Shown in pieces: positions 16,054-33,478 of a stretch of 64,000 nucleotides of DNA. How positions within the stretch are numbered: the stretch's first letter is position 1; every line of letters begins with the position of its first letter. The DNA is taken from the NCBI RefSeq assembly GCF_009914755.1, contig NC_060946.1; one strand, given 5' to 3'. Under the pieces are notes generated by a model that was not told the origin of the DNA, did not search any database, and saw nothing but the letters and a program-made list of their open reading frames with translations. A program made the translations under genes and the position numbers. The stretch is from the human T2T-CHM13v2.0 reference genome, Homo sapiens.

Positions 16054-17324
16054 AGGTTATGGTGTCCTTACGGTTGCACTTTTTTTTTTAATCTCTTCTC
16101 ATTCTAGTTGAAGAGATACCATTTGACATTTTAGAGATGGCTGCTTGCAAACTCTTAAAACATTTGAGGAAGTACAGTGCACCAGGGACACTCTTATGAC
16201 TATTGGGATAACACAAAGAATTTGGCATATGCTCCTTACTCAGGGTCCCCATAAATCAAACCACCTAAAATCAAATAGATTAAAGAATGAGTTAGATAAA
16301 AAGTTTACTTGCTTAACTAAGTGGATTTTTTTTGTTAATTCCCTACAACCAAATCTTTATAATACCCGATGTTTTCTCCATATACCATTAAGTGTTAGCA
16401 GCTGCACAGATACATAAGATAACAGTCTCATGGTAGTAGAGAAGTCTTGATCTGTGATCTTGGGAAAAGCTGTTCACATTAAGAATGCCATCTTCTTCTG
16501 GGGGGAAACTGTCCTGGTTAGCTTTACCTTAAGGGTTCCAATGGGTATAAGATTCTGAGTGTGGAGGGACCCTTCTGAGTTGTGAGACTATGAACCCAAA
16601 GTTTAAGGTTTAAAAGTTTTGCTGTCACATGGATGGCAAGGGCAGTCCTTCTCTGATGTTCTCAGAAGACCCAGTCATCAGATTCTAGATTGTGAAGGGG
16701 TTGACTGTCCTCAGTGAACCATAAAAGGCTTTCTTTAGCTGGTGAAAATACACTGCAGCATAATAATCTACTGTTTTAACATCAACCCTCTTGCATGGAA
16801 GAGCTTTTATACAATCAAAAAACATGCACTGAAAATGACAACTGAATGAAATCCCTTATAAAATGTTTAAATGGCGCATTGGGTAACCAAATGTACCTGA
16901 AGTTTTGATTATTTTCCTAGGAATATAGGTTTGACAAACCAAACATTGGTTATAAACTATTTTAGCAATTTAGAAATCACCACACCAATATATTTAATTT
17001 GGATCATTTTCTCTTTTCCATGATGAGTTATGGAATGCAGAACTTTTAATAACAAAAGCTTTAAGGACTTAAGAAGGACAAGGGGGCCATCCTGGTTCTT
17101 CATAAGTCCATGCTTAATTAACATTAGACTCTCATCCTCTTGAATACCAGCTGTTTCTCCAAATTAGGTGCATGGCACTGGTAACTGATGAGTTATAGGT
17201 AATTTGACTTAGACCATGGAGTTTATTTAAATTATATATCTAAACAATTTCAGTATTGGCTGATTTAGCGTGAAATCCGGCAAAATATTTCCTTGGTATT
17301 CAATTTTTGTTTTACTTGGGTTAG

Positions 17325-17660
<336 letters not shown>

Positions 17661-17951
17661 TAACTTTTGGGAATTCTTAACCAGTCCAATTCTTGGGGGA
17701 TCGGGGAACTTATGGGGAATTTTTACCAATGATATTAAAGTTATTAGAAACTTGTGTTCACGAGTGTTTTTCAGGGTCCTTTTCATTCTTTCATGAATCT
17801 TCTAAGAGACATCATATTCTAGAATTTTGCATGCTTGTGAAGTTTTTAGAAACTGCATCACCATTAAGCAATTAACTGTGGAAATGAAATAGTTATAGTT
17901 AAAGACAATTGACAAGGAAATTTGGTTATGTCTGTGGTCTACAATAACTTA

Positions 17952-18608
<657 letters not shown>

Positions 18609-19163
18609 AGTATTTTAGAAATCCTATACAATTTTAGAACGGATTGAAGACATACACTAAATATAACCTGAAGAAGGTTTAACATTATTTTTTATTTTGA
18701 CAGTGCTTCCCATGTGATTTAACATGTTAAATAGTCCTGTTTACCTCTCTTTTGGGTGCTTCAGGGGCCTTTGTAGAATCCCAAATTTAGAGGCCAGAAA
18801 AGACAATTTTGAAGTTGAAATTTGATTTTGAGAAGCCTATTAAATATATTAAAGGTTTAAACACTTGATGTTATGAAAGAGAATTCCAGGTCACTGTAAG
18901 TCATTCATTTACCTAAAATCATGACTTAAAAAAGTTTTAAAGGGCAAAAATCTTTACTCGTTGATAGAGGGAAGACTTATCTTCCCAAACGATCTGCCTC
19001 TTATTTTTCCTTTCTTTCTTTCTTTTTTTTTTTTTTGGTAGTTTATTTACAAGGCAAACAAATTTTTCATTATTTTTTAATATTACCCAAAAATCTTCTT
19101 TAAAGAGAGAAAGCCAAATGTCACCCAATTTTTCATAAAACATTACAGACAAATCTATTATTC

Positions 19164-19459
19164 TTTTTTTTTTTTGAGATGGATTTTCCCTCTTGTTGCC
19201 CAGGCTGGAGTGCAATGGTGTGATCTAGGTTCACTGCAACCCCCTGCCTCCCGGGTTCAAGCGATTCTCCCACCCCAGCCTCCTGAGTAGCTGGGCTTAG
19301 AGGCATGCACCACCATGCCCAGCTAATTTTGTGTTTTTAGTAGAGATTGGGTTTTTCTTTGTTGGTCAGGCTGGCCCTGAACTCCTGACCTCAGGTGATC
19401 CCCCTTCCTCGGCCTCCCCAAGTGTTGGGATTACAGGCATGAGCCACTGCACCTGGCCA
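19164..19459 (-). mobile_element. AluS (Sp/Sq-like)
   Basis: Poly-T followed by an antisense dimer. Confidence 0.92.
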
Positions 19460-20378
19460 TTGTTTTTTTTAAAGATAGCGTCTTGCTCTGTCGCCTTCCT
19501 CACCACATTATAGCTCTGGGGGCCAAGCTGCATCACAATGGAAAATCATGGAACCACAGGAAGAATCCACTCAGCTTTGCAAGATGCTACCCAAGGGGTT
19601 GTTTGGAGTAACGAAATTAACATTTTTCATTCTGCCCAGAGCAAAATACATGTGACAAAACATAGACACGAGCCACTTTGCTTAGCACTCAGTATCAAAC
19701 TGGTAAGACTCAAACTTGCTCTCAGATGGGCCATGCCATCTCTAAATCTTTTTTGAAGCTTCTGCATATTAATAGGCATCCCTAGATGAGACTAATTCGG
19801 GAGCCCTCATTTTTAAATGCACTTCAGGGCATTATTCATTTGTAATGTTCCACTGTAAGTTATCTTGAGAAAGATTTTGCCATTTCTGTAAGACTTTGCT
19901 GTTTCCCAGGCCTAATGTATTAGCCAGAAGGAACTTAGTTTTCCACAAATTAAGGATCCTATTTTTACCTAAAATATTGGCTTTACTCCTAGGTTCCCTT
20001 GATTAACTTAGCCAACGATTTTTTTTCCTACCTAAGTGTGCGAGAAAAATGAAACAAAGGGGTAGAACACAAAAATCTCTGTGAATTTTCAAAAGCCAAA
20101 TTTTACAACCCCTCCAATATTATCATTTACTACCACTTTTCTTCTGACCCAGTCAGATGTAGGAGGCCTTTAGCTGGAACTGGATTCAAACCAGTTAACT
20201 ACTGGATCAAATCTGATCCTGGACCCGGTCCCATTTCTGTCATAACTTCTAAAGCCAGTTTGGAACAGAAATTTGCTCAAAGAAACTCAGAGCTCAAAAC
20301 ACAAATCCATGGACTTCTGAAATCCGAGAGAGAATTTACCACGATCCCCAGCTGCTCCGAGAGGTCAAAGGGCACAAG

Positions 20379-21635
20379 TGTTACAGAATCCTGGGGTGTC
20401 ACTTTTCTGCATGAAACCTCTGACTGGTGGCGCCTTTACCTGTGTTTTGCTCTGGCCCACTGGGTTCTTTCTGTCCACTTGGCTCATGCTAGTGGTCTGG
20501 ATCCCACACCTGCCAAGGGCTAGCTGGATACAGAGCAGTGAGGGGTGTGTGAGCAAGTGAGCATGGGATCTGGCCACTGCACACAGCCAAGCATGCCAGC
20601 TGTGGTGGGGTGGGCAGTTCCAAGCATTGGCACAGGTCCAGCTCCCTGTGAGGCTGCAGCTAGACCAGGCCGACTGCAAACAGCTTCCATTGTGGGTATC
20701 AGGGAATGCAGTGGTGCCCAGAAGCTTGGAGATGCAGTAACTGCAGAGCCCCAAAGAAGGTGTCACAGCCCTGGCTTGGGGAGCTCCTAGGTCTGGGCTC
20801 CCTTGAGGGCCACAGCTCTTCTCTCCATCTCTCTTCTCTTCTTGCCTGAATTTGGCAAGCAAGGGGTGCATTTCAGCCCTGCTTATGTTACAACTCTTTC
20901 AGCCCTGCTGGTTGGCAGTTCCCGAGTTCTTGTCCTGCATCCAGAAAGAATGAGGTATGTGGGCAAGTAGAAGGTGACAAGGTGAAGAGGTGCTTTATTG
21001 AGCAACAGTACAGCTCAGAGGAGACGCAGTGGGTAGCTCCTTTCTGCAGGCAGGTCATCCCGACGTCTGTTCAGCTCTCAGCATCTGAGAGGAGACCCAC
21101 GGTAGGTAGCTATGTCCACAGTGCCCAGGCTGTTTGAGCTAAGGAGTGCCTGCAGGCCAGTGCTGAGCCACCCTTAGCCCCACCTCAAACTGCCTCCTGT
21201 GCTCATCAGTGTCCAAAGTCTGGAGGGGGCCGGGGTGGCAGGGGCCTGGCATGTCAGCACTGCCCTGAGCTTGCACACACCAGGCCAGGTTGCGTCAGTG
21301 CCCAGGTTCGGCCCCAACTTGGATCCAAAGTTGGAGTGGGCTCTGGGAGCAGAGAGATGCCAGGTGGCTGGACCAGGTACGACTGAGCCTGCAGGGGCAG
21401 GGGGGCTTGCTGGGCCTCTGAGAGTGCAGAAATGCCCGGGTCTGCAGTCGTGGCTGGATGGCTGAAGCTGTGCTTGGGAGGGCGGGGCTCCTGCCTGCCA
21501 ATTTAGAAGGGGCGGGGCTCCTACCCGTTCCTGGCTCCCACCAGCTTCAAGGAGCACAGAGCCCCAGCCACTCCTCCCCACTGCAGCCAGTGTCTTCGTA
21601 GTGACTGCTCCACGTGGGCCACTGCTGCCATCACA
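20379..21635 (-). mobile_element. MER52-family solo LTR nested in the MER57 provirus
   Basis: Starts tgttacagaatcctggggtgtcactttt, ends ccactgctgccatcaca. GC-rich. Homologous to 3597-4122. Confidence 0.8.
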
Positions 21636-21753
21636 AAGGGGTCCTTGCAGGTGCCTTGCTTGTACCTCAGCACTCTTGGGGGTCATTAGAAGCCCTAGCA
21701 ACCCTGCTCACCACACTATAGCTCCGGAGGCCCTAGCAGTCCTGCTCCCACAG

Positions 21754-21771
21754 ATCCCACTTCTGACACCA
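21754..21771 (-). other. Retroviral primer-binding site, tRNA-Leu type
   Basis: atcccacttctgacacca is the reverse complement of TGGTGTCAGAAGTGGGAT and lies 2 nt from the LTR edge at 21774. Confidence 0.85.
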
Positions 21772-22052
21772 TCTATTAAAAGAAAATCTTCAGCTGAATT
21801 AAATTTAAAGGAGCTTAATTGAGCAATGAATGATTCACGAATCAGGCAGCCCCCAGAATCACAGTAGATTCGGTGAGACTCCAGCACAGTCACATGGTGG
21901 AAGATTTATAGACAATAAAGGGAACGTGATGTGCAGAAATCTGAAGTGAGCAGTGAGGTCCAGAAGCAACCGGGTCTATTACAGTTCTTTGCCCCTCTCA
22001 AGAGCCCCAGAATGGATTTCCTTATGGCACTGACTGGAAACCCAACTGAATC

Positions 22053-22229
22053 CTGAATCAGGTTGTGGTGGCCTGTCATCTGCCCCCCACACACTCGGCC
22101 ACAGCGAGAACTGAATCAGGTTGTGGTGGCCTGTCATCTGCCCTCCACACACTCAGCCGCAGTGAGGACTGTATCAGGTTGTGGTGGTCTGTCATCTGTG
22201 CCCACACACTCAGCCGCAGTGAGGGAACT
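22053..22229. repeat. 58-bp tandem repeat, 3 copies
   Basis: ctg(a/t)atcaggttgtggtgg(c/t)ctgtcatctg...acacactc(a/g)gcc at 22053, 22111 and 22169. Confidence 0.9.
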
Positions 22230-23004
22230 GGTGTGAAAACAGTCGGCATTTCCCTTTAGAAGGGGTTGGTGGGAAGCAGGAGGTAGGTGCTGCCCTGCAG
22301 GCACCATCTAACAGTTGGTCATTCCCATGGGGCGCCTGTTGCAGTTCTCTGATTAGTGCCCAGTCCTGGTCCCTGAGAACGGCGCCCAGTCCTGTTCCCT
22401 GAGATCGGCGTTTGTGTCTTTTTACTCCTCCCCCTGGGCTTTTGTCATTTTCCATGTTCTTTTTCCTTCAGTGCCTGGGTTGCCATTGACCAACTTTCTC
22501 TGCCTTTTTCTTATGGTCAATAGGGTATTCAATGGCTTTCTTTTTTTCATTTTTTTTTTCCTTTTCTTTTTTTTTTTACTTTGGCCTTTTGAGACAAGAA
22601 ATTATTTCTTTACATTTTCTCTAAATTCTGTTTGAAAACCTAACCTCCTTCTTTAGATCAAGTCTCTCTCCTGTCATATTTATTCAGTGACAGTTAGGGG
22701 AGGCTGGTAGCACTTTCCACGTTCTTCCCAGATGTCTCCTTAGGCAGATTCCTGAGATGGTGCAGTGCACTTTCAGTTTCCATGTTGTGGTTGTAGTTTG
22801 CCACAGTCCCTCAGCACGTAACTCCCAGGCCTTTTCTCCAGTTTCCAATGACATTTTCTCACCGTCCTTCCAGCCCTCACCAAGAGTCTTGATGCCCTTC
22901 CAGGTTGCATGAATGGTCTCCTTGAGGCCCAGTTACAGCTCAGCCTCACAGTTGTGGCACATGTTGTAGCTTCTGATTACCACAGTGGCTCATTTCCAGC
23001 TGCA

Positions 23005-23525
23005 GTATTCTGTTCCAGTTATCTATTCTGAAGAAACCATCCCCAAAACTTGGCAGCTTAAAACAACTCATTATTACTTGTTTTTTGGCTTAGAGAGTCT
23101 TGGTGGCCAGCTCATCTCACACAGAGTTGTAGCAGGGCAACAACCGGCTGGATTGTGTGAAAGCACTGCAGGGTGGTGTGCAAGGTGGCTAACTAGTGGT
23201 TAGGAGTGTGTGTTGCTGGAGGCTCACTAGTGGTTGGGAGTGAGTGTTGCTGGAGGCTCAGTGGGGGCTGTCAATGATTGTAGCTAGTCGTGGACTGGCT
23301 GTGTGGTTTCCATCATGGGGGTCTCAGGGTAGTGGGATTTCCTGCCTGGTGACTGGCTTTCTCCTGGATAAGTGTTCCGTTCTCTCAGCCTGGTTTCTGA
23401 AGTCCCCAAATACCACCTTTGTCACCTTCTGTTGGCCAAATAAGTCAGTAGTCTGGGCAAGGTTCAAGGAGAATTTCTTCTCACAGAGAGAGGAGCAGGA
23501 AAGAAGTTGTCACCTTTAGTCTACC
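23005..23525 (-). mobile_element. MLT1-type MaLR LTR, degenerate
   Basis: 'ccccaaaacttggcagcttaaaacaactcattatt' start and 'caccttctgttggccaaataagtca' are typical of MLT1. Confidence 0.55.
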
Positions 23526-24377
23526 AGAAATGTGATTTTTATAACAAGTTTGTTCCAAATACATTCCAGTTCCCCTTGTGAATACTTTTTTTGACTCACA
23601 GGGTATTTCAAAGTTTATTACTTGGTTTTCAGACATTTGAGGCTTTTCTGGATATCTATTTGTTGTTGGTTTCTAATTTAATTTCAAGTGTTCATACAAC
23701 ATACTTTGTATACTATTTCAGGCTTGAACCTTTTCTCAGTAGATCTATGTACAGTCTGTCTTGGTAGTGCTCAACTGTGTGCTTCACAAATACCATTTGG
23801 GTCAGGATTTTGTCATTTAGATCCTTATTTTTCCAATTTTTTTATTTCATTGTTCCATCACTTACTGAGAGAGCAGTATTAATTCACCAGCTATAATTGT
23901 GGATTGTCAATTTCCTGCTTTTGTTCTGTTGTTTTTGATTCAGATACTTTGAGGCTCAGAGTGTGTATGTACTTTGTATGCACTTTGAGGCACAACTTAT
24001 AATTGTAAAATCATCCTTTCTGATTCTTTTATTTTTGTGAAAGTATCCTGTTTATTTCGGGTGATATATTTTGTTCTGAACCTCTTTCATCTAGTGTTAA
24101 CATCTCCGTTGAAGCTTTTTATGATTAGTGTCTGGATAGCATATTTTTATTAGTGTCTGCAATAGCATATTTTTTCTCATACTTTGTTTGTGTCTTTGTG
24201 TTTAAATTGTGTCTCTGTGGATGCCATATTGTTGGATCTTGCTTTCCTCTCAGGTCTGGCAGTCTCTGTCTTAAGTAGAGTACTTGTCCAGTTACACTGT
24301 AGCTAATCATTACTAAGGTTGGATTTAGGTCTGCCATTTTTCTACTTATTTTCTATTTGTTTATTTTATTTTATTTT

Positions 24378-24671
<294 letters not shown>

Positions 24672-24773
24672 TGATCTTCTATATATTCTTCCCTAATTTC
24701 TTTTGGGTTAATTAAATATTTCTAAATATTCCAGTTTGATTAATCTTTTGGCTTTTTGAAATAATTTTTTATG

Positions 24774-25118
<345 letters not shown>

Positions 25119-26960
25119 TTAAAATTTACCGTCATAACCAGTTGTAAGTGTACAGTTTTGTAGAGTTAAGAATATTTACAGTGTTGTGTAGCAGATTTCT
25201 AGTTTTTTTTTATCTTGGAAAACTCTATACCCTTTCAACAACTATTAATTTCCCCCTCCTTGCACCTCCTGGCAAGTGATATTCTACTTTGTGTTTCTTA
25301 AAATTTGACTTATATACCTGGGGTTATATAATATTTGTCATTTTGTAAGTAGGTTCCATGTTAATGTGTCAGATGTGTCAGGATTTTCTTCCTTTCTATG
25401 GCTGAATAATATTTCTTTGTATATATATTCTTATGTTTATCCATCCATTCCTGATTAGACGTTTTTGTTTCTTCCACCTGTGGCTGTGTAATGCTGCTGT
25501 GAACATAGGTGTGCACATATCTGTTTGAGGTCCTGCTAGTAGTTATTCTGTCTCTCTGCAGAAGTTGGATGGCTGGATCATATGGCCATTTTATTTTATT
25601 TTTTTTGAGGAGCCAGTTCATATTTCCACCAACAGTGTACGGGGGTTTCAGTTTCACCTGCACTTGTTACTTTCTGTTGGGTTTGAAGTGATGTCCCATT
25701 GTGGTTTCTATTTGCATTTCTCTAATGATTAGTGATGTTACACATCTTCTCATATATCTCATGTATCTATTGGCTATTTGTATATCATCTTTGCATCTTT
25801 GGATAAATGTTCTTTGTCCATTTTTTAATCACTTTATTTTGTTGTTGGGTTGTAGCAGGGTTTTTTGGTCATGATCATTCATTTATCTCACAGTTCATTC
25901 TCGTTACGTTGGGCCAGGGTCATGATCATTTGTTATCTCGCAGTTCATCCTCATTATGTTGGGCAAACTGTCATGCTGCAGGGTATAGATTATGTTATTC
26001 TGTTACTTTCAGGTATAATTGGGGTCCAGGTTCTAATTGTCTCTAAGTTAAGATTCTGAAAGAGAATCAGCAGAGGTAGACCACTGCTGCTGAGGCCTGG
26101 GGATTGCTGGGAAAAAGGCAGGAAACAGATACGGACCTGACTATGGAGGGTTTGTGTTTCACGGCTCCCATCTGGGTACCCAAGGAATCTACATGTAGCT
26201 TGTGTGTGGAGAGCCCACATTGGCCATTCAAAGCAATCGAGGATGGAACAGGCTTGGGGCTGGAGCTCATTATTTGGAATGATAACCACATCTGCACAGA
26301 GAGGACCTGATAAGATGTCCTTCCACCTATATCTGGGAATCCTGTGTAGGATCTCTCTGTAAGGACAGGGGCAGTGTTGGCTCCTTGGCCTCTAGTTAGT
26401 CTCACAAGTAGTCTAGTAAAGGTTTTTCAAACTTGTCATCATCTGTGGACATTCTGGCCAGCTCTTGTTTTCACCCTACTGACTTCTTCAGACACTAGGC
26501 TGTTGCTTTAGACCATTCATGGATTTTTTTTTCTCTTCAAATCAATAATCAATAAATCCTCTTCAAATCAATAAATTTCCACTCCTTTAGGAAACTCTGA
26601 TCTGGTCACTCCAAGGTTTAATTAACTGGTTTGATTGTTTTTCTGATTTCTTGGTTCCTTTTTCCTTCTTCCTAGGGGTTTCCAGTAATTTTAGTTTGAT
26701 GTCTCACTTTCTCCATTTTTTATTTCTTAGCTTTCTTCTGTGATTATTTTCACTGCAGCTGCAGGGCCTAATCCTGGGTTAGCAGAGAACTAGCATTTAC
26801 TCTGCCCTAATTGGAATCCAGGAGAGATAGGAGGACACACTAGGAGGTGCCCTAGTGTGAAAACGTCTTTGCTCCTCTATGCTTCTGGTAGTCTTTCTCT
26901 GTAGGCGTTCTTTACATATTCTGGATGTTCACTTCTTATGAGATACATGATGTGCAACTA

Positions 26961-27173
26961 TCGGTTGAATGTCTCTGATCCAAAAATCGGGAACCCCAAA
27001 CGCTCCAAAGTCTGAAACTTTTTGAGCGCCAACATGACACTCTAAGGAAATGCTTATTGGAGCAACTCAGACTCAGGCGTTTGAATTCGAGATGCTCAAC
27101 CAGTAAGAATAATGCCAATATTACAAAATCTGAAACACATCCCAAGAATTTCAAATAAGGGACACTCAACTGG
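26961..27173 (+). mobile_element. Tigger4a (MER46-type) DNA transposon remnant
   Basis: TA-flanked, termini ggttga.../...tcaactgg, internal 'gaaactttttgagcgccaacatgacactc'. Confidence 0.75.
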
Positions 27174-27948
27174 TATTTTCTTTTGTTGTACTGTTTGCCT
27201 TTTACTCTGTTGGTTGTGACCTTTGAGGTACAGAAGCTTTTAGGTTTGATCTATTTTTGCTTTTACTGCCTGAGCTTTTAATGTCATATCCTAAAAATTA
27301 TTGACAAATTCATTGTCATAAAGCATTTTCCAAATTTGTTTTCCCTAGGAGTTTGATAGTTCTAGTTTTACATTTAGGTTTGTAATTCGCTTTGAATTAA
27401 TTTTAACGTGGTGTAAGGTACGAGTCCAACTTCATTGTTTTGCATGTAGATATACAATTTTCCCAACACCATTTGTTGAGGAAACTGTCCTTCACCATTG
27501 AGTGGTCTTGCCATCCTTGTGGAAGATCATCGGACCATATATGCAGGGTTGCTTTCTGAGGTCTCTGTTGTGTTGGTCCATAAGTGCGTCAAGTGTGTCT
27601 TTATGCCGTGACCACATTTTTTTTTTGGCTTATTGCAGTTTTGTAATTGTTTTGAGACCTTTAATTGTGTTCTGTTTCAAGATTGATTTGCCTATTCATG
27701 GGCCTTGGAGATTCCATATGAATTTTGGGATGGGATTTTCTGTTTATCAAAAATGTCATTGGAATCTTTATAAAGATTGTATTGAATCTAGGTCATTTTG
27801 AGTAGTATTGACATCATTCCAAGATGAAATAATATAATCTGCAAACCCAGCTTTTCTTTTTCATTTATTTGTGTTTAATTTCTTTCAAAAGTGTTTTGTA
27901 CTTTCCTGTGTTCAAATCTTTTGCCCTCTTGGTTAAGCTTATTTTTAA

Positions 27949-28666
<718 letters not shown>

Positions 28667-29685
28667 TCTGTTTTTAAAATTTTATTTGCAGATTGTTCGT
28701 TGTTAGTTTATAGAAATGCTACTTACTTGTGTGTGTTACTGTATCCTGAAACTTTGTTGAATTTCATTATTCTAACAATATTTTGTGGAATTTCAGTATT
28801 TTCACACATAACATCCTGTTGTCTGTGAACAAAATTTTGTATTTCTTCCTTTCCAATTTTCATGCTTTTTATTTCTTTCTCTTGCCTAATTATTCTGAGT
28901 AGAAATTCCAGTACTGTTGTGAATAGAAGTGGCAGGAGGAGATGTTGCTATCTTGTTCCTGATCCTAGAGGAAAAGTTTTTAGTTTTTCACCATTGAGTA
29001 TGATGTTAGCTGTGAGCTTTTCATGTACGATCTTTATTTACTGAGGAGTTTCCATCTATTACTAATTCTTTGAGTGTTTTTATTATGAAAGGTGTTCATC
29101 TGGCTCTGGAACCAGCTAAATGTTGACATGATAGAATGGATTGAAATGTCCCCTCCTGTTTTTTGAACATTTTTGGAATATTTTGCAGAGGATTGGCATT
29201 AATTCTTCTTGAAATATTTGGTAAAATTCTCTAGTGAAGTTATCTGGACCTGGAATTTTCTTTTTTGGGGGGTTTTTGATTACTGGTTGAATCTTCTTAC
29301 TAGTTACAGGTCTCTTTTGATTTTTTATTTCTCCTTGATGCAATATGGTGGTTTGTGTTTCTAGGAATTTGCAAATTTATTCTAGGTTGCCCAGTTTTGT
29401 GGCATATGGTTGCTCACATTAATCTCTTGTAATCTTCTTCATTTCTGTGGCATCTGTTGTACTGTCACCTCTTTTATTTATGATTTTAGTGTTTGAGATT
29501 TCTGTTTTTTTCTTAACATAGCTGTGAGTTTTAAAATTTTTATTGATCTTTAAAAAGCAAACTCAGTGTTTTTTTTTCCTTTTTTTCTGGTCTTATTCTG
29601 TTTATCTCTGCTCTAAACTATTATTTTCTTCCTTTTGCTTTTTTGTCAGTTTTTTTCCCCTTCAGGTGTAATGTTAGGTTATTGA

Positions 29686-29997
29686 TTTGAGATCTTTCTT
29701 GTTTTTAATTTAAGCACCTGCAGCTATAAGCTTCCCTTTAGCATGGGCTTGAGATCTTTCTTCTTTTTAATTTAAACATCTGCAGCTGTAAGCTTCCTTT
29801 ATCATGAGTTTGATGTCTTTCTTCTTTTTAATGTAAGCATCTGCAGCTGTAAACTTCCCTTTAGCACGGGTTTGAGATCTTTCTTCTTTTTAATTTAAGC
29901 ATCTGCAGCGGTAAACTTCCCTTTAGTACGGGTTTGAGATCTTTCTTCTTTTTAATTTAAGCATCTGCAGCTGTAAGCTTCCCTTTAGCACAGGCTT
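29686..29997. repeat. 62-bp L1-derived minisatellite, 5 copies
   Basis: tttgagatctttcttctttttaatttaagcatctgcagctgtaagcttccctttagcacggg-like units starting at ~29686, 29748, 29809, 29871 and 29933. Confidence 0.93.
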
Positions 29998-30191
29998 TGT
30001 TGCCTCGTCCTGAGTTTGGGCATGTCATGGTTTTTTTTTCATTTGCTTAAACATTTTTTTGTCCTATTGTAATATAATTGCATTGTTTTTAATAAAGGTG
30101 ATTAATGAAACACATAATGAATTGTGCTTCTGGTTTTATAATATTTTAAGCATTCTTAACTCAGAAATATAAACTTTGGAAAAAAATTCCA

Positions 30192-30552
<361 letters not shown>

Positions 30553-30665
30553 CTAAGTGTATTGACACAGCAACCTGACATAAAGAATAATAAACATATA
30601 CCAAAACGGAAACTTGTAGATACCTGTTTTTTTATTAATTTTTAATTATATATATTTAAAAATTA

Positions 30666-31258
<593 letters not shown>

Positions 31259-31295
31259 AAGGTGTTGTTGACATACAAAAATTACACATATTTAA

Positions 31296-31613
<318 letters not shown>

Positions 31614-31738
31614 GAATATATACATCTTAATGAGTTTAGAGATAAGTATTAACCCAAGGACTCATCATAACAAATAATGCCGTAAACATGACCATCACTC
31701 CCCAAATATTTCTCATTCTCACGCTTTTTAAAAAATGA

Positions 31739-32039
<301 letters not shown>

Positions 32040-32324
32040 TTACTATTTCACCTAAAATATACCCTCTTAATTTTTTTTTTTTTTTTAGTATACAATACAG
32101 GACAGCCATGCATCAGAGATATATGTGGGTTTGCTTCCAGACCACTGCAATAAAGTGAGTTGTACAATTTCTTTTGGTTTCCCAGTGCATGTAAAAGTAT
32201 GTTTATAGTGTGCTGTATAAAGTGTGCAATAGTATATGTCTACAAAGTGTACACATCTTAATGTACAAATACTTTATTGTTAACAAGTGCTAACAGTCAT
32301 CTGAGCCTTCAGCAAGCTGCAGTC

Positions 32325-32594
32325 TTTTTTTGTGTGTGACAGGGTTTTACTCTGTGGCTCAGGCTGGAGTAATTGCAGCCTCAACTTCCTGCTCAATCAA
32401 ACCCCCACCTCAGACTCCTGACTAGCTGGGACTACAGGTTTATGCCACCATGTACAGCTAATTTTTGAATTTTTATTTTTTTTTTGTAGAGATGGGGTTT
32501 TGCCATGTTCTCTCGATGTCCTGGACTCAAGCAGTCCACCCACCTTGGCCTCCCAAAGTGTTGGGATGACAGGTGTGAGCCAATGCACCTGGCC
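32325..32594 (-). mobile_element. AluJ
   Basis: Antisense diverged dimer within Tigger1. Confidence 0.85.
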
Positions 32595-33188
32595 AAGTTT
32601 CAGTCTTCTTTCTGATGGAGGGTCTTGCCTTAATGTAAGGTGGTGGTTGCTGAGGGTTGGGGTAGCTGTGGCAATTTCTTAAAATAAGGCAACATTGAAG
32701 TTTGCTGTGTCAATTGACTCTCCCTTTCACAAAAGAATTATCTGTAGCATACGATGTTGTTTGATAGCTTTTTACCCACAGTAGAACTTTCAAAATTGGA
32801 TTCAATCCTGTCAAACCTTAGTACCGCTGCACCAACTAAGTTTATGTATTATCGTAAATCATTGGGTTCAATCTTGTCAAGCCCTCCTTCTGCTGTACCA
32901 ATTAAGTTTATTCTAAATCTGTTGTCATCTCAACAATGTTTATACTGTCTTCACCACGAGTAGATTTCAACTCAAGAAACCATTTTCTTTGCTCATCTGT
33001 GGAAGCAACTCATCCATTCAGGTTTTCGCTGGAGGCTACTGCAGTTTCGCTACATCTTCAGGCTCTGTCTCTGATTCTAGTGCTCTTGTTATTTCCACCA
33101 TATCAGCAGTTACTTCCTCCACAGAAGTCTTGAATTCCTCAGTGTCATCTGTGAGAGTTGGAATAAACTTCCCAACTTCTCTCTCGCT

Positions 33189-33478
<290 letters not shown>

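Noticed and set aside
21754-21771. tRNA-Leu gene
   Set aside because: Only the 18-nt 3' end including CCA is present, next to an LTR, so it is a PBS. There is no cloverleaf.
20260-21822. GC-rich ORFs of up to 175 aa
   Set aside because: They lie within the MER52 LTR and MER57 leader; these are chance ORFs in GC-rich repeat with no recognisable domain.
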